DNA of 64,000 nt, taken from positions 62,001-126,000 of the forward strand of contig JAXLNO010001541.1 in the NCBI GenBank assembly GCA_038087875.1. Direction: 5' to 3'. Positions 46,275-58,285 of the stretch are shown here, piece after piece. Position 1 is the first letter of the stretch; each line of letters opens with the position of its first letter. The translations under genes were made by a program, and so were the position numbers. The stretch comes from Malacoraja senta (Eukaryota). The notes beneath the pieces were generated by a model. That model was not told the DNA's origin and made no database searches. It worked only from the letters and a program-made list of their open reading frames with translations.

Positions 46275-47335
46275 TAGAAATATAGAAACATAGAACATCA
46301 GAAAATAGGTGCAGGAGGAGGCCACTCGTCCCTTCGAGCCAGCACCGCCATTCATTGCGATCATGGCTGATCGTCCCCAATCAATAACCTGTGCCTGCCT
46401 TCTCCCCATATCCCTTGATTCCACTAGCCCCTAGAGCTCTATCTAACTCTCTCTTAAATCCAGCCACTGATTTGGCCTCCAATGCCCTCTGTGGCAGGGA
46501 ATTCCACAAATTCACAACTCTCTGGGTGAAAAAGGTTTTTCTCACCTCAGTCTTAAATGGCCTCCCCTTTATTCTAAGACTGTGAAACCTGGTTCTGGAC
46601 TCGCCCAACATTGGGAAATTTTTTCCTGCATCTAGCTTGTCCAGTTCTTTTATAACTTTATATGTTTCTATAAGAGCTCCCCCTCATCCTTCTAAACTCC
46701 AGTGAATACAAGCCTAGTCTTTTTAATCTTTCCTCATATGACAGTCCCGCCATCCCAGGGATCAATCTTGTGAACCTACGCTGCACTGCCTCAATTACAA
46801 GGATGTCCTTCCTCAAATTAGGAGACCAAAACTGTACGCAATACTCCGGATGTGGTCTTAACAGAGCCCTATACAACTGCAGAAGAACCTCTCTACTCCT
46901 ATACTGAAATCCTCTTGTTATGAAGGCCAACATTCCATAAACTTTCTTCACTGCCTGCTGTACCTGCACGCCAATCTTCAGTGACCGGTGTACAAGGACT
47001 CGTTGCACCTCCCCCTTACCGAACCTAACCCCATTGAGATAATAATCTGCCCCCTTGTTTTTGCCACCAAAGTGGATAACCTCACATTTATCTATATTAT
47101 ACTGCATCTGCCACGAATCTGCCTACTCACTCAACCTGTCCAGGTCACCCTGCAACCTCCTAACATCCTCTTCACAGTTCACACTGCCACCCAGCTTTGT
47201 GTCATCTGCAAACTTGCTAGTGTTGCTCCTAATTCCCTCTTCCAAATCATTAATATATGTGGTAAACAGTTGCGGCCCCAACACCGAGCCTTGCGGCACT
47301 CCACTCGCCACTGCCTGCCATTCTGAAAAGGACCT
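46275..47335 (-). mobile_element. CR1 3' fragment, same subfamily as 330-1530
   Basis: [16 protein letters not shown], (TTTCTATG)-like tail at ~46280. Confidence 0.9.
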
Positions 47336-50104
47336 ATAATTGCATCAGTGTGCTGGGACCAGGAAAGATCTTGTTATAATATGGCAGAAACTCTCCTCTG
47401 TACTGATCTGTGCTGCATCTGCTATGTAGTGCTGATGGGAAAGTGTTCAGGACCCTTTACAAATAATCTGCTCCAACATTGTATTCTGAAGAAGCTTCAT
47501 GTTGTACAAAATCACTTTGTAAAGACAATGATACCAATGGGGGAAAGGAGGCTTCGGGGCTAGTTTCAGACTCGCAATAAGAAAGTTACTTTTCCGAAAG
47601 GATTTAAAAAATAAAGGTATTTTCAATACCAATGACCTTTCTTTTGTTACTTCAAACTAAAAATACTAAAGGCCGCGCTAAAAAAATAAAGTGCTGGAGT
47701 AACAATGGATCAGGCAGCTTCTCTGGAGAACATGGTCGTGATGTTTCAGGTTGGGATTCTTCTTCATTGATAGTGGTGGTGGTGGGGGGGGAGAACAAAA
47801 CCTGGCAAGTGATAGGTGGATAGAGGTGAGTGGGAGTATTGATAGGAATTGCAGATGCTAGTTTACACCGAAATAGGCACAAAATGCTGGAGTAACATAG
47901 CGGGTCAGATAGCATCTCTGGAGAAAAGGAATAGATGACATTTCGGGTCAAGACCCTTCTTCAGACTGAGTCAGGGGAAAGGGAAACTACGGGTACAAAA
48001 AGGTACAGAACAAATGAGAGCCATCATTGATGACTCGGGAAAGGTAGAGCCCACAATGGTCCATTGTTGGCTGTGGATGAAGTGATAACGAAGGGGTACG
48101 AACCATGAAACTAGCAAGTTGTCTCGGGTTGTGGAGGGAGGGAGTGTTAGGGATTGCATTGGACCCCGACAGTCCTCTTAGGTGAGGCAGAGGTTCACGC
48201 ACCTCCTCCAACCTCCAATGTGTCGGCGAGACTAAGCACAGACTGGGCGATCATTTTGCTGACACACCTAGGCTCAGTCTGCCTTGGCCTACGAGACCTA
48301 CCAGTTTCCAAAGATGTTAACTCCTCTTCCCATTCCCACACTGACCTTTCCGTCCTGTGCCTCCTCCACTGTCAGACTGAGGCCACATGCACATTGCAGA
48401 ACTAGCACCTCAAATTTTGCTTGGGCAGCTTACAACCCAGCGGTATGAATATTGATTTCTCCAACATCAAGTAACCCTTGCAATCCCTCTCTCGCCTCTC
48501 TCCTCAGACTGAAGAAGGGTCCCAAGCTGAAACGTCCCCTACCCATTTTCCCCAGAGATGCTGCCTGACCTGTTGAGCTACTCCAGCATTTTTGTGTCGA
48601 TCTTTGGTACAAACCAGCATCTGCAGATCATTTTTATTATATTCTATAACACAATATCATGATAGCTAATGGCAGACAAATTGAACCTGCAGAAACCAAA
48701 TAAACCTATTGAACAAATCAACACCTCACAATACCACCCCTGGGTCACAGACTGCCACATGTTTCTCTGGGCTTTAAGAGGAGGGAGATCCGCTTCATTA
48801 CATTAACTTGCATTACATTTCATTACATTAACATTTGCATTAACTTGGATGAAAACTTCATGAGGTATCAAAGACAGCCATTGATTTACTTGAATCGCAG
48901 CAACCATTTGTTATTAATAACTGCCAGATGTCTGAAACTCTGATAACATTCAGACCCAGTCCTTCTATTTACACTTCCTCTCAGGTTGCACAGGCAGGTT
49001 TAATTTGAGCAGGGGGCCCTCCCAGCAGGGCTGTTACTACAAAGAATAAACACACTGCTTTACATATGAAAAAATAATTCTGATGCTATGTTTTGTACCA
49101 AGAGGTTTATGTTTACCCCACGAAATAGGGCTGAAAGAATCAAAACCAATGGGCAATGAAGACCCTCTCCACATTTCAGTAAATTTGCCACGTTTAGAAA
49201 CGGGTTCAAAGTGCTGGTGATTGTCACTGATCATGATTACACTGATTAAGTAATGGGAACGAGCTGTCCAGACGTACGTACACCTGCATTTTAGGTTCTG
49301 ATGGAGCTGAGAGACTCCCACCAGCAACTTATGCTGTGTTTGCTCAAGCTGATCATAGAGATCCACCCTGATGACTGTAGTTAAAGTGATTGGGTAGATG
49401 GGCATTGGCAGCATCAAAGCAATAAACTAAGGACAAACTAAAAAGTTGCACGAGCTGCCTTTAAAACATTACAAAAAGCCGTGGGCAGAATCCCTGTAAA
49501 ACGTGTTTGAGCTGATGTTTGCTGATGAGAACCAAGGCGGCTCAGTGAATCAGGTGTAAGACTGAAGCAGCAGCCTGGGCCACAATCAATAGACAATAGA
49601 CATTAGACAATAGACAATAGGTGCAGGAGTAGGCCATTCGGCCCTTCGAGTCAGTACCGCCATTCAATGTGATCATGGCTGATCATCCCAAATCAGTACC
49701 CCATTCCTGCCTTCTCCCCATATCCCCTGACTCCGCTATCTTTAAGAACCCTATCTAGCTCTCTCTTGAAAGTATCCAGAGAACCGGCCTCCACCGCCCA
49801 ACGGCAGCGAATTCCACAGACTCACAACTCTCTGTGTGATAAAGTGTTTCCTCATCTCCGTTCTAAATATCTTACCCCTTATTCTTAAACTGTGGCCCCT
49901 GGTTCTGGCCCCAACACCGGGAACATGTTTCCTGCCTCTATCGTGTCCAAACCCTGAATAATCTTATATGTTTCAATTAGATTCCCTCTCATCCTTCTAA
50001 ATTCCAGAGTGTACAAGCCCAGCCGCTCCATGCTCTCAGCGGAGGCGCTGGGGGAGAACATGAAGCAGTGAGTGGCGGCGGGAGAGGAGGAGGGTCGGAA
50101 CTGC

Positions 50105-50965
50105 GTCTGGGTTGTCAATGTGATCACTGGCGAGGGTCTGGATGGGGAGTAAGAGGGGAAGGAGAGAGAGGGTAGGAGGAGGGTGATGGAGGAGAAGGGG
50201 GGAGGGGGAGTAAGAGGAAAAGGGGGGATGAAGGGAGAGGGAGGGGGAGTGAGAAGGGTGAGAGATGAGGGGGAGGGAGGATGGGAGAGGGTGAGGATAG
50301 GGTGGAGAATGAAGGGGAAGGAGGAGTGAGGCTGGGAAAGAGACAGGGGAGTGGGTGGAGGGAGAATGGGTTGGGGAGAGGGAGTAGAGGGTGGGGGGAG
50401 TGGAGGCAGAGGCAGGAAGGCGTAGTGGGAGTGAGGAGTGAGAGGAAGGGGTGAAGTGGACACATGGGTGAGGGTGTAGGGTTGAATGGGAGGGGAGGGG
50501 GAGAGAGGGGTTAGGAGAAGGAAGGTGAAAGAAGGGAGGAGTGCTGGGGAGGGGATGGGGGGAGGGTGGGAAGGGGTTGGGGAAGTGTGGAAAGTGGTGG
50601 AAAAGGGATCGTGGAAGAGGGAGGAGTAAGTTTGGTAGGGGGATATAGCAGGAGGGAGGGGGGTCAGAAAGAGGTGGAAAGGGGGTAGAAGTAGCTCGGA
50701 GGGCATAGAAGGAGAAGGATGAAAGGATGGAAAAGGAGGAATAGGTTGGTGTGGAGGATAGAGGGAGAGGAAGAAGTTGCCGGGCAAAGGGTGGAGGGGG
50801 TAACCAGAGGGCCGAAGGAGGAAAGGGGGGTGGAAGGAGACAGACGGGGTGGAGCGAGGGATAGGGACTGAGAGGGGTAGATGGAGAGGAACAGGTGTGG
50901 GCTAAAGATGTTAAAGGGAGTGGGGTTAGAGAGAGGAAGCGGCAGTGGGAGGGGTAGAGAGGGGG
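50105..50965. repeat. Polypurine (GA-rich) low-complexity tract; similar tracts at 39530-39760, 42620-42965 and a C-rich one at 56630-56985
   Basis: Base composition; ORFs here are low-complexity artefacts. Confidence 0.9.
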
Positions 50966-52024
50966 GGAACCACGTCAGTGTCGTGGGTTCTGAGGTGGCT
51001 GATGAGGCCACTAACTGATCCCCGGGTAGGGTTGTTGGGTAGTTTGTCAGCTGGCGTTTGTGATCTGCACAGGCAAAGGGACCAAGGTTGTGCACACCGT
51101 CCCGGCTGCTTCTCCATTTGGAGACGCCGTTGGCCAGAGGTTCCCAGGACTCAGTGGCATGGGAATGTTGGGTTGCTTCAAAGACCCTTTGAGAACATCC
51201 ATAAATCTTTGCTTTGTAATTGTCTACCGTGTTGGAACTCACAATAGCATGTTTGAGAGTGGAGGGATGGCAGGCTGGATTGTGTGATAAACTGTGCTGT
51301 GATCATAACTCTCTGCAATTTCTTGCTGTCTCGGGCAGAGAAACAAGCTTTGGTGTGTCCAGATAGAATGCTCTCTATCATAGAAATTGATAAGAGTCAT
51401 TGGAGATGTGCCGATTTTACTTACCCTTCTGAAGAAGTAAAGGCATTAGTGCTTTCTTGGCTGTAGTGTCAATGTGGTTGAATCAGGACAAATTTACACA
51501 TGGAATCTTGATGGTCTTGACCATCTCCACTTCAGCACCATTGATACAGACTAGAGCAGGGGTTCCCAACCTTTTTGTCCTGTTTACCCCAGGCAACTTT
51601 AATAGCACATAACAATGTTATTTCAATTATTAGTTTACAACTAATGATGAACCAAAACCAAACACAGTCAGTCAATGAGATAAAATATGTACAAATCCAG
51701 AATCAACAAATTTATTCCCTGGGTTGGCAAAATGTACCCCCTGGGTAAATTACCAAGCCCTGTATCTCCATCTTGTACTCGGCTTCGTCATTGTTTGCAA
51801 TAAGTTCATTAGTTGTAGGAGCGGAATTCGGCCCATCAAGTCTACTCCGCCTTTCAGTCGTGGCTGATCTATCTTTCCCTCTCAACCCCCTTCTCCTGCC
51901 TTCTCCCAATAACCCCTGACACCGGTACTAATCAAGCACCTATGAATCTCCTCTTTAAAATATCCATTGACGGCCTCCACAGCCATCTGTGGCAATGAAT
52001 TTCACAGATTCTCTGGCACACTTG

Positions 52025-52160
52025 CAGACAGTGGTCAGATGTCGTGGGACTTTGTCCAAGCCAAGGACAATGTGGCTGGTTATTGCACAAATGGAACATG
52101 CATGATGCAGAAGCATGCAGTTGTGGCCTCAAGCCCAACACCATAAGGCACAGCACGGCC
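52025..52160 (+). mobile_element. Small LINE C-terminal fragment (RTEX-like Cys motif)
   Basis: GQCGWLLHKWNMHDAEACSCG..PNTIRH resembles the C-terminal zinc-binding segment of RTEX-type ORF2. Confidence 0.4.
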
Positions 52161-53349
52161 TGCAGGGGGGAAGCTGGGAAGTCCCCGAGCTCGGTTCCGA
52201 GTAGAGTCGTGGAGGAGGGAGCCGCTGGTGACGACGGACACGAGGAGAGGGACCTGTGTATTGCCTCCAGCGCTTTCAAGGCCGGCTGCAGGAGGCATCC
52301 CCGGGACACAGGCAGTCGGGTGAGGAGAGGGACGTCGGTTCACGGGCCGAGCCAGTCGAGGGTGACAGAGGAGGTAAGCCTGGGGCTTACCTGGATCGGG
52401 AGCCTCTCCAGTACATCGAGCACGTGTTTGGACTGGACTTTAGTGTAAACGGTGCCAAAATATGGCAACTCATGCATGTGTGAGCGAAGCAAATAGAATT
52501 TCAGTGTGGAGTGAACACGTGACAATAAAACACCTTTGAGGAGCCATTTTGTTTTCCTGTATAGCATTTCAGGAGGGCATTGATATAATCCCCAAGGACA
52601 ATATCCACTCCCTGATAAACACATCCAATTAAAGTCACACTTGCTCCTTGGCCTCCAGAAAGACAAATACTTTGTGACTTTTCTGCTAATTTCAAATCAG
52701 AGTTGAGAACACCCTATGCTTTAAATTCTGATCCATGTCCCTTTTGTCATGGTCTCTTGCTTCTGGAGACATTTTTGAAATAAATGCCTATAAATTCCTA
52801 ATTAGGGGACAAATAACAGGAGGGGAAATTTAGTGCTAAAGTAAATATATTTTCAATGAATACAAATGAGGTTGGACAACGTTAAAAAAATAGATATTAT
52901 TGGACTTTACAACATCAATCGAGAATATTTGCCACGGGTTTTCTATATAACCAGTTTCTGCATTGATGTTCAGTATCCTTCTATGTTATCTTTGATTTTT
53001 CTGCTGCCTCTGAACAAGTCATTGTAATCTCCTCCAGTGTCTTCCCTCCATTATCCAACCTGATGGAATTGGTTCCACATTGATCAGGTTGTATTTTGAG
53101 TTTCTTCAGCCAGGGGATTTGTTCTAGGAAACCCCCAGGATTATCCTTGGCTCTGCATTTCTCACACATGTTGTTCCTTGGTAACGCAACCTGCAGATTT
53201 GGGCATTGCCTCCTACACATCTAGTGATGATGTCCAGCTCCATCTTTCCAGCCATCCATGCAGAGTGTAGGTCTGTTATCCAGTATTAAAAGGATTTTAA
53301 TACTTTTTTAGTATTTAATTTCTTCCAATTAAAATGTAATTTGATCAGT

Positions 53350-53830
53350 AGAATGTCTGCCTCACATTGCAGGGACCCGGGTTCGATCCTGACTACGAAT
53401 TCATGTTGGTATGGAGATTTTACGTTCTCCCTGTGACCAAATCAAATCAAATCAACCTTTATTGTCATCTTGCAAGCAACAGTTGTACAGTGCAAAATGA
53501 AAAGACGTTTCCCAGGGCACATGAAATTTAAAACATTTCACACATAATAACACTAAAAACAATCCAGTCCCTGATGGAACAGTATAAATAGTTCAAAAGT
53601 AGGTAAAAACAACGTTAAAATACAGTAAAACCAATCATAAACATGTCCGGGGCAGCTGATTTGAGTGGCCAGTGCCAGTTATTGAAGTGTCCGTGCCAAG
53701 CCGCAGAATCAGGTGACTGTGAGTACAGAGTGGCTGTTTAGCAGCCTCACAGCATATGGCAGGAAGCTGTTTAGCAGTCTTGTGGGTTTCCTCCCACACT
53801 CCAAAGATGTGCAGGTTTGTAGGTTAATTG
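53350..53830 (+). mobile_element. HE1/V-SINE-like element interrupted by a reversed LINE 3' end; other copies at ~54715-54960 (-) and ~42170/43905
   Basis: GCCTCACA...GGACCCGGGTTCGATCC head; GGTTTCCTCCCACA.TCCAAAGA.GTGCAGGTT body. Confidence 0.65.
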
Positions 53831-56800
53831 GCTGCTGTAAATTCATGTTCATAAGCTATAGTAACAGAATTAAGCCATTTGGCCCATCAAGTCTACTCCA
53901 CCATTCAATCATGGCTGATCAATCTTTCCCTTACAACCCCATTCTCCTGCGTTCTCCCCATAAACCCACACACCCGTACTAATCAAGACTCTATCTGCCG
54001 TAAAAATACCCAATTGACTTGGCCTCTGCAACCTTCTGAGGCAATGAATTGTCCTATTGTCCCTAATCTGTAGCATAGATCCAGTGTATGAAGATCGCTG
54101 GTCGGCCCAGACTCGGTGGGTTGAAGGGCCTGTTTCCACGCTGCATCTCTTAGAAAAAAATGTAACCCACTATTTTGGCTTCATACAGATTTTAAACACT
54201 TACGTGATTGCCTGACACTTTCTGAATCACAGTTCACATCCTCTTCACCTTAGCTGATCCCCAGCTTGAGCTTCCAGCTCTTCATCCTCCCCATTTCAAA
54301 AAGGATCAATCTCCGCTCATGTTTGCCCTTCTCCTTATTAACTTTAGGTAACACAAGACATATTGAAATTAAAGAAAAAACTCTCATTCTTGACATAAAA
54401 TTCCCTTTCCAATTGCTGCAAAGTTTTAATAACCCTCCAAGTCACCTTCCCCCACAATAAGATCTCGCATTTTCCCTCCATCCAATAGCTGCCCTCACTA
54501 TCGATGACCGTGGATCAGTTGCGAAGGCTCCAATTATTACTCTGGTTCTTAATTCCTCTATCCTGGGAAATAAGCAGTGTGTATTCACCCTATTCCCCTC
54601 ACTTTTTATACACCTCTATAAGATCACCCCTCAGCCTCCTGCGCTCCAAGGAATAAAGTCCGAGCTTACCCGATCTCTCCCTGTAGCTCAGGCCCATGAG
54701 TCCTGGCAACACCATTACATTACCTCAGATACAACACGGAAAGGGGCCTTTCGACCCACCAAGTCCTTGCCGACCAGTCCACTATCAATATCCTCCACAC
54801 ACCAGAGGCAATTTTTGCTGAAACCAATTAACTTACAAATCTCCATGTTTTTGGAGTGTGGGTGGAAACTGGAACCTACGTGGTCACATGGAGAAGGTAC
54901 AAACTCCGAACAGACAGCATCCGTAGTCAGGATGGAACCCTGGTCTCTAGTGCTGTGAGGCAGCAACTCTACCGTTGCTCTACTGTGCCACCCATGCAAT
55001 GTGTAAAACTGTGCTTGCATTCCCTCATGCAGCCCTCCTTTTGTATTCATTCAAAATGTATCAAGGGTGCATCACAGCATGGTTTGGGAACAGCAGGCAA
55101 CTGGACCATCCTATCACCGACTGGAGAGCGGTCCTGAGCTACTATCTGCCTCATTGGAGACCCTCGGACTATCTTTGTTCGGACTTTACTGGACATTATC
55201 TTGCACTAAATGTTATTTCCTTAATCATGTATCTACACTGGATGGCTGGATTGTAATCATGTATTGTCTTTCTGCTGACTGGTTAGCACACACGCAACCT
55301 TGGTACACGTGACAATAAACTAAGCTGGAGTATTATCCAAGGGAAACAGGTGACACCCCAATTTCCCTCCAGGTATGTATAAAGTTTTATTGTATCGTAA
55401 TACAGTAACTTGATGAACAACTCACCAGACTGATGAGGTATGTTCTCTCTCTGTTGCATGTGGGGATTCACTGTGAAATATATTTAGCTAATGTTCAGCT
55501 CAACATCCGAAATGTTCGGATAGTTTAGGTGAACATTGTCGATCATGAGGCTAAAGTTAGCAAGGACAGTCTCACTGCAGTCAAATCCCTAAATGATTAG
55601 AGACAATAGATTCAGTAATACATTTTTTAATTGAATTAGATTTGTACATGAAAAGCAAATAATTTTGAGGCAGCAGGAAAAAGTGATGGGGTTGCCCATC
55701 TTTTTTTTGCATTGACAACCGTTTTGGTCTCAGATTAGCACTTGGTTCTAAATTGTGGTGGATTAACCATGAAATTATTAAAGGAAAAACTCATTTTTGT
55801 TTTGCAGTGCATTCTCATAATGACTTCTTGCTTGCGATCCTCACGAGATGTCAGATTATGGTTTCAGCTCCAGGTAAATGAGATTTTAATACTTTCTGCA
55901 AAAATACACAATACTTATCTGTTTTAGTGTTTTTCTTAACTCATGCTGTGTCTTTATCCCTTTGCTTACGGACTTCTGTCTTCTAATTGAGATGTGGCAA
56001 ATTAAAATTCTCATCGACCTTTTCAAATCCCTCCCTCTCTTCTCTATTCTTCAACCGTTACATTTGTAACTCATCCTACTCTGGCCGCCTCATTTGCAGT
56101 GATCTTATGTTTCTCACAAAATGATTCATGAACATTTCCTACATCTATACTATTTTTAAAACTTTCATCTTGTCCTCTTCCGGTTTGCTTTTTAAAATTT
56201 GTGCAAAAACGGTCCCCTATATTGCTAGGATTTTTCGCCAACTTATTCACCATTCTCCTCTGCTCCAAGCGCACCAAGTTTTGTTCCGATCGGTGGAAGA
56301 CTACAAAAGATATGAATGTTAAAAAAATCGTGAGATCAGCAGATTGGTCTATTCGCCTGTCTGTCACCATGAAGGTAACGCCCCTTCCGGCACCCGCTGT
56401 TAATCACTGGGTGGGGCGAGGAGAATAAAACCCCGGATGCGGGGCTGAGTCCACCAGCCGTGTTGATTGAGTCCGCGAGCCGTGCGGAGGAAAACAGCGA
56501 AGCGGCCAGCACCCACAGTGAGTCCCCATCGCACCACCAGCCCCTTCCCTCTGGCCTCCCTCGCTGGCTCCTGCCCACCTCCCCGTAATACCGAACTCTC
56601 TCCCATGGCTCTTCCCCCATCTTTTCTCCGAGCTCTCTCCCCCCTTCCCCAACACCCATCCCCCCCATAACCCAACCACCCCAAACACACCCCTCCCTCC
56701 CACACAGCCCTCCCTTCCACACACCCCTCACAACCCTACCCTGCTCACACATGCCTCTCTCCCACACACCCTTTCCCCAAACCCCCCTGCTCACACATAG

Positions 56801-57922
56801 CCCCCCACACACCCCTCACCCCCCACAACCCTTCTGCCAAAACATACCCCCTCCCACACACCCCTCCCCTCCACACCCCCGCCCACACAACCCTCTCCCC
56901 TCCACATCCCTCCTACTCCCCCCCTTCAGCCCACATAAACACTTCCTCTCCCACCGCACACCCTCCCCCCACCACACACCCCCCGTGGTGACTGGGACCC
57001 ACTCAGTCTTGTTATTTAATAAAATGGGGGAAAGTCCTTCTGCCCTGCCCCTCTGCTCTTGGGTGGAGACTGAGAATGAGTGAATGATATGTGGTGCTGT
57101 TAGTTGAATGAACAGGGTGAAGGCTAGTGAATATCAATACATTTGGTATATCTGGGAAATGTAACAAAGATCAGCCTGAAGAAGGGTCCCGACCGGAAAT
57201 GTCACCTATCCATGTTCTCCATGGATGCTGCCTGAGCCGCTGAGTTACTCCAGCAGTGTGTCTCTTTTTTGTTAAACTAGCAGGTGCAGTTCCTTGTTTC
57301 TACTTCTATTTCTACTAGCCATTTCTCTGTTCTCTCAGCTGACACCTGCGCAAGTATCATTCAATCATCCCAGTCTCCACCCTTCATAAGTGATAGGAAC
57401 AGAATTTGGTCATTCGGCTCATCAAGTTTACTCTGATCATGGCTGATCCAACTCTCCATCCTAACCCCATTCTCCTGGCTTCTCCCCAGAACCCCTAACT
57501 CCTGTACTAATCAAGAATATATCTACCTCTGCCTTTAAAAAAGATCTATTAACAGCCTCCACAGCCTTCTGTGGCAATGAATTCTATAGATTCACCATCC
57601 TCTGACGAAATAAATTCCTTTTAAAATCAGTTTAAATAGTGAAAGCAGCAGATTGTAGTCACCCAGCATATCTCCATCTCGGTTATGTAGTTGGAGGCTT
57701 TATTTGGTTTACAGGCCTGGAGGATGGGGAAGACAAAAGATCTTATTAATTAACTTAAAGTGTTTATGGAGCTGTGCTTGTTTTTAATGCGTTTTGTTTA
57801 GTTAGTTTTGGTTAACTAGTTATATTTCCAATTATTTACATCAACTTTATAAATAATATCAGTCTATGCTGGTCTCACATCAACAATTACAACCAAAACA
57901 TGCCCTGATGATGGCTATTTGC

Positions 57923-58285
57923 GGATGACAGATGGCGCAATGGGCTAAGTGTTCGGCTGGGAACCGGAAGGTAGCCGGTTCGAATCCCGCGTGGAGTGCA
58001 TACTGTCGTTGTGTCCTTGGGCAAGACACTTTACCCACCTTTGCCTGCATGTGAATGTGTGTGAATGTGTGTGAATGTGTGTGAGTGATTGGTGGTGATC
58101 GGAGGGGCCGTAGGCGGCAGATTAGCAGCCACGCTTCCGTCAGTCTGCCCCAGGGCAGCTGTGGCTACAGAAGTAGCTCACCACCACCGAGTGTCACTGA
58201 GGAGTGAATGAATAATGCGATGTAAAGCGCCTTGAGTATTAGAAAGGCGCTATATAAATCCCATCCATTATTATTATTATTATTT
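57923..58285 (+). mobile_element. Full-length tRNA-derived SINE with an L2-like 3' tail
   Basis: A box TGGCGCAATGG, B box GGTTCGAATCCC, TGTCCTTGGGCAAGACAC core, hairpin tail AAAGCGCCTTGAG...AAAGGCGCTATATAAAT, (TTA)n. Confidence 0.85.

Noticed and set aside
49885-50787. 300-aa Pro/Ser/Leu-rich ORF, and similar ORFs at 42460-43041 and 56336-57083
   Set aside because: Translations of polypurine/polypyrimidine low-complexity DNA.
52940-53250. Coding-looking stretch, and another at 55950-56330
   Set aside because: Could be old TE or pseudogene remnants, but I recognised no diagnostic motif; a BLASTX search would be needed.
57923-57995. tRNA gene
   Set aside because: A and B boxes are present but continue directly into a SINE body and tail; a clean cloverleaf was not established.
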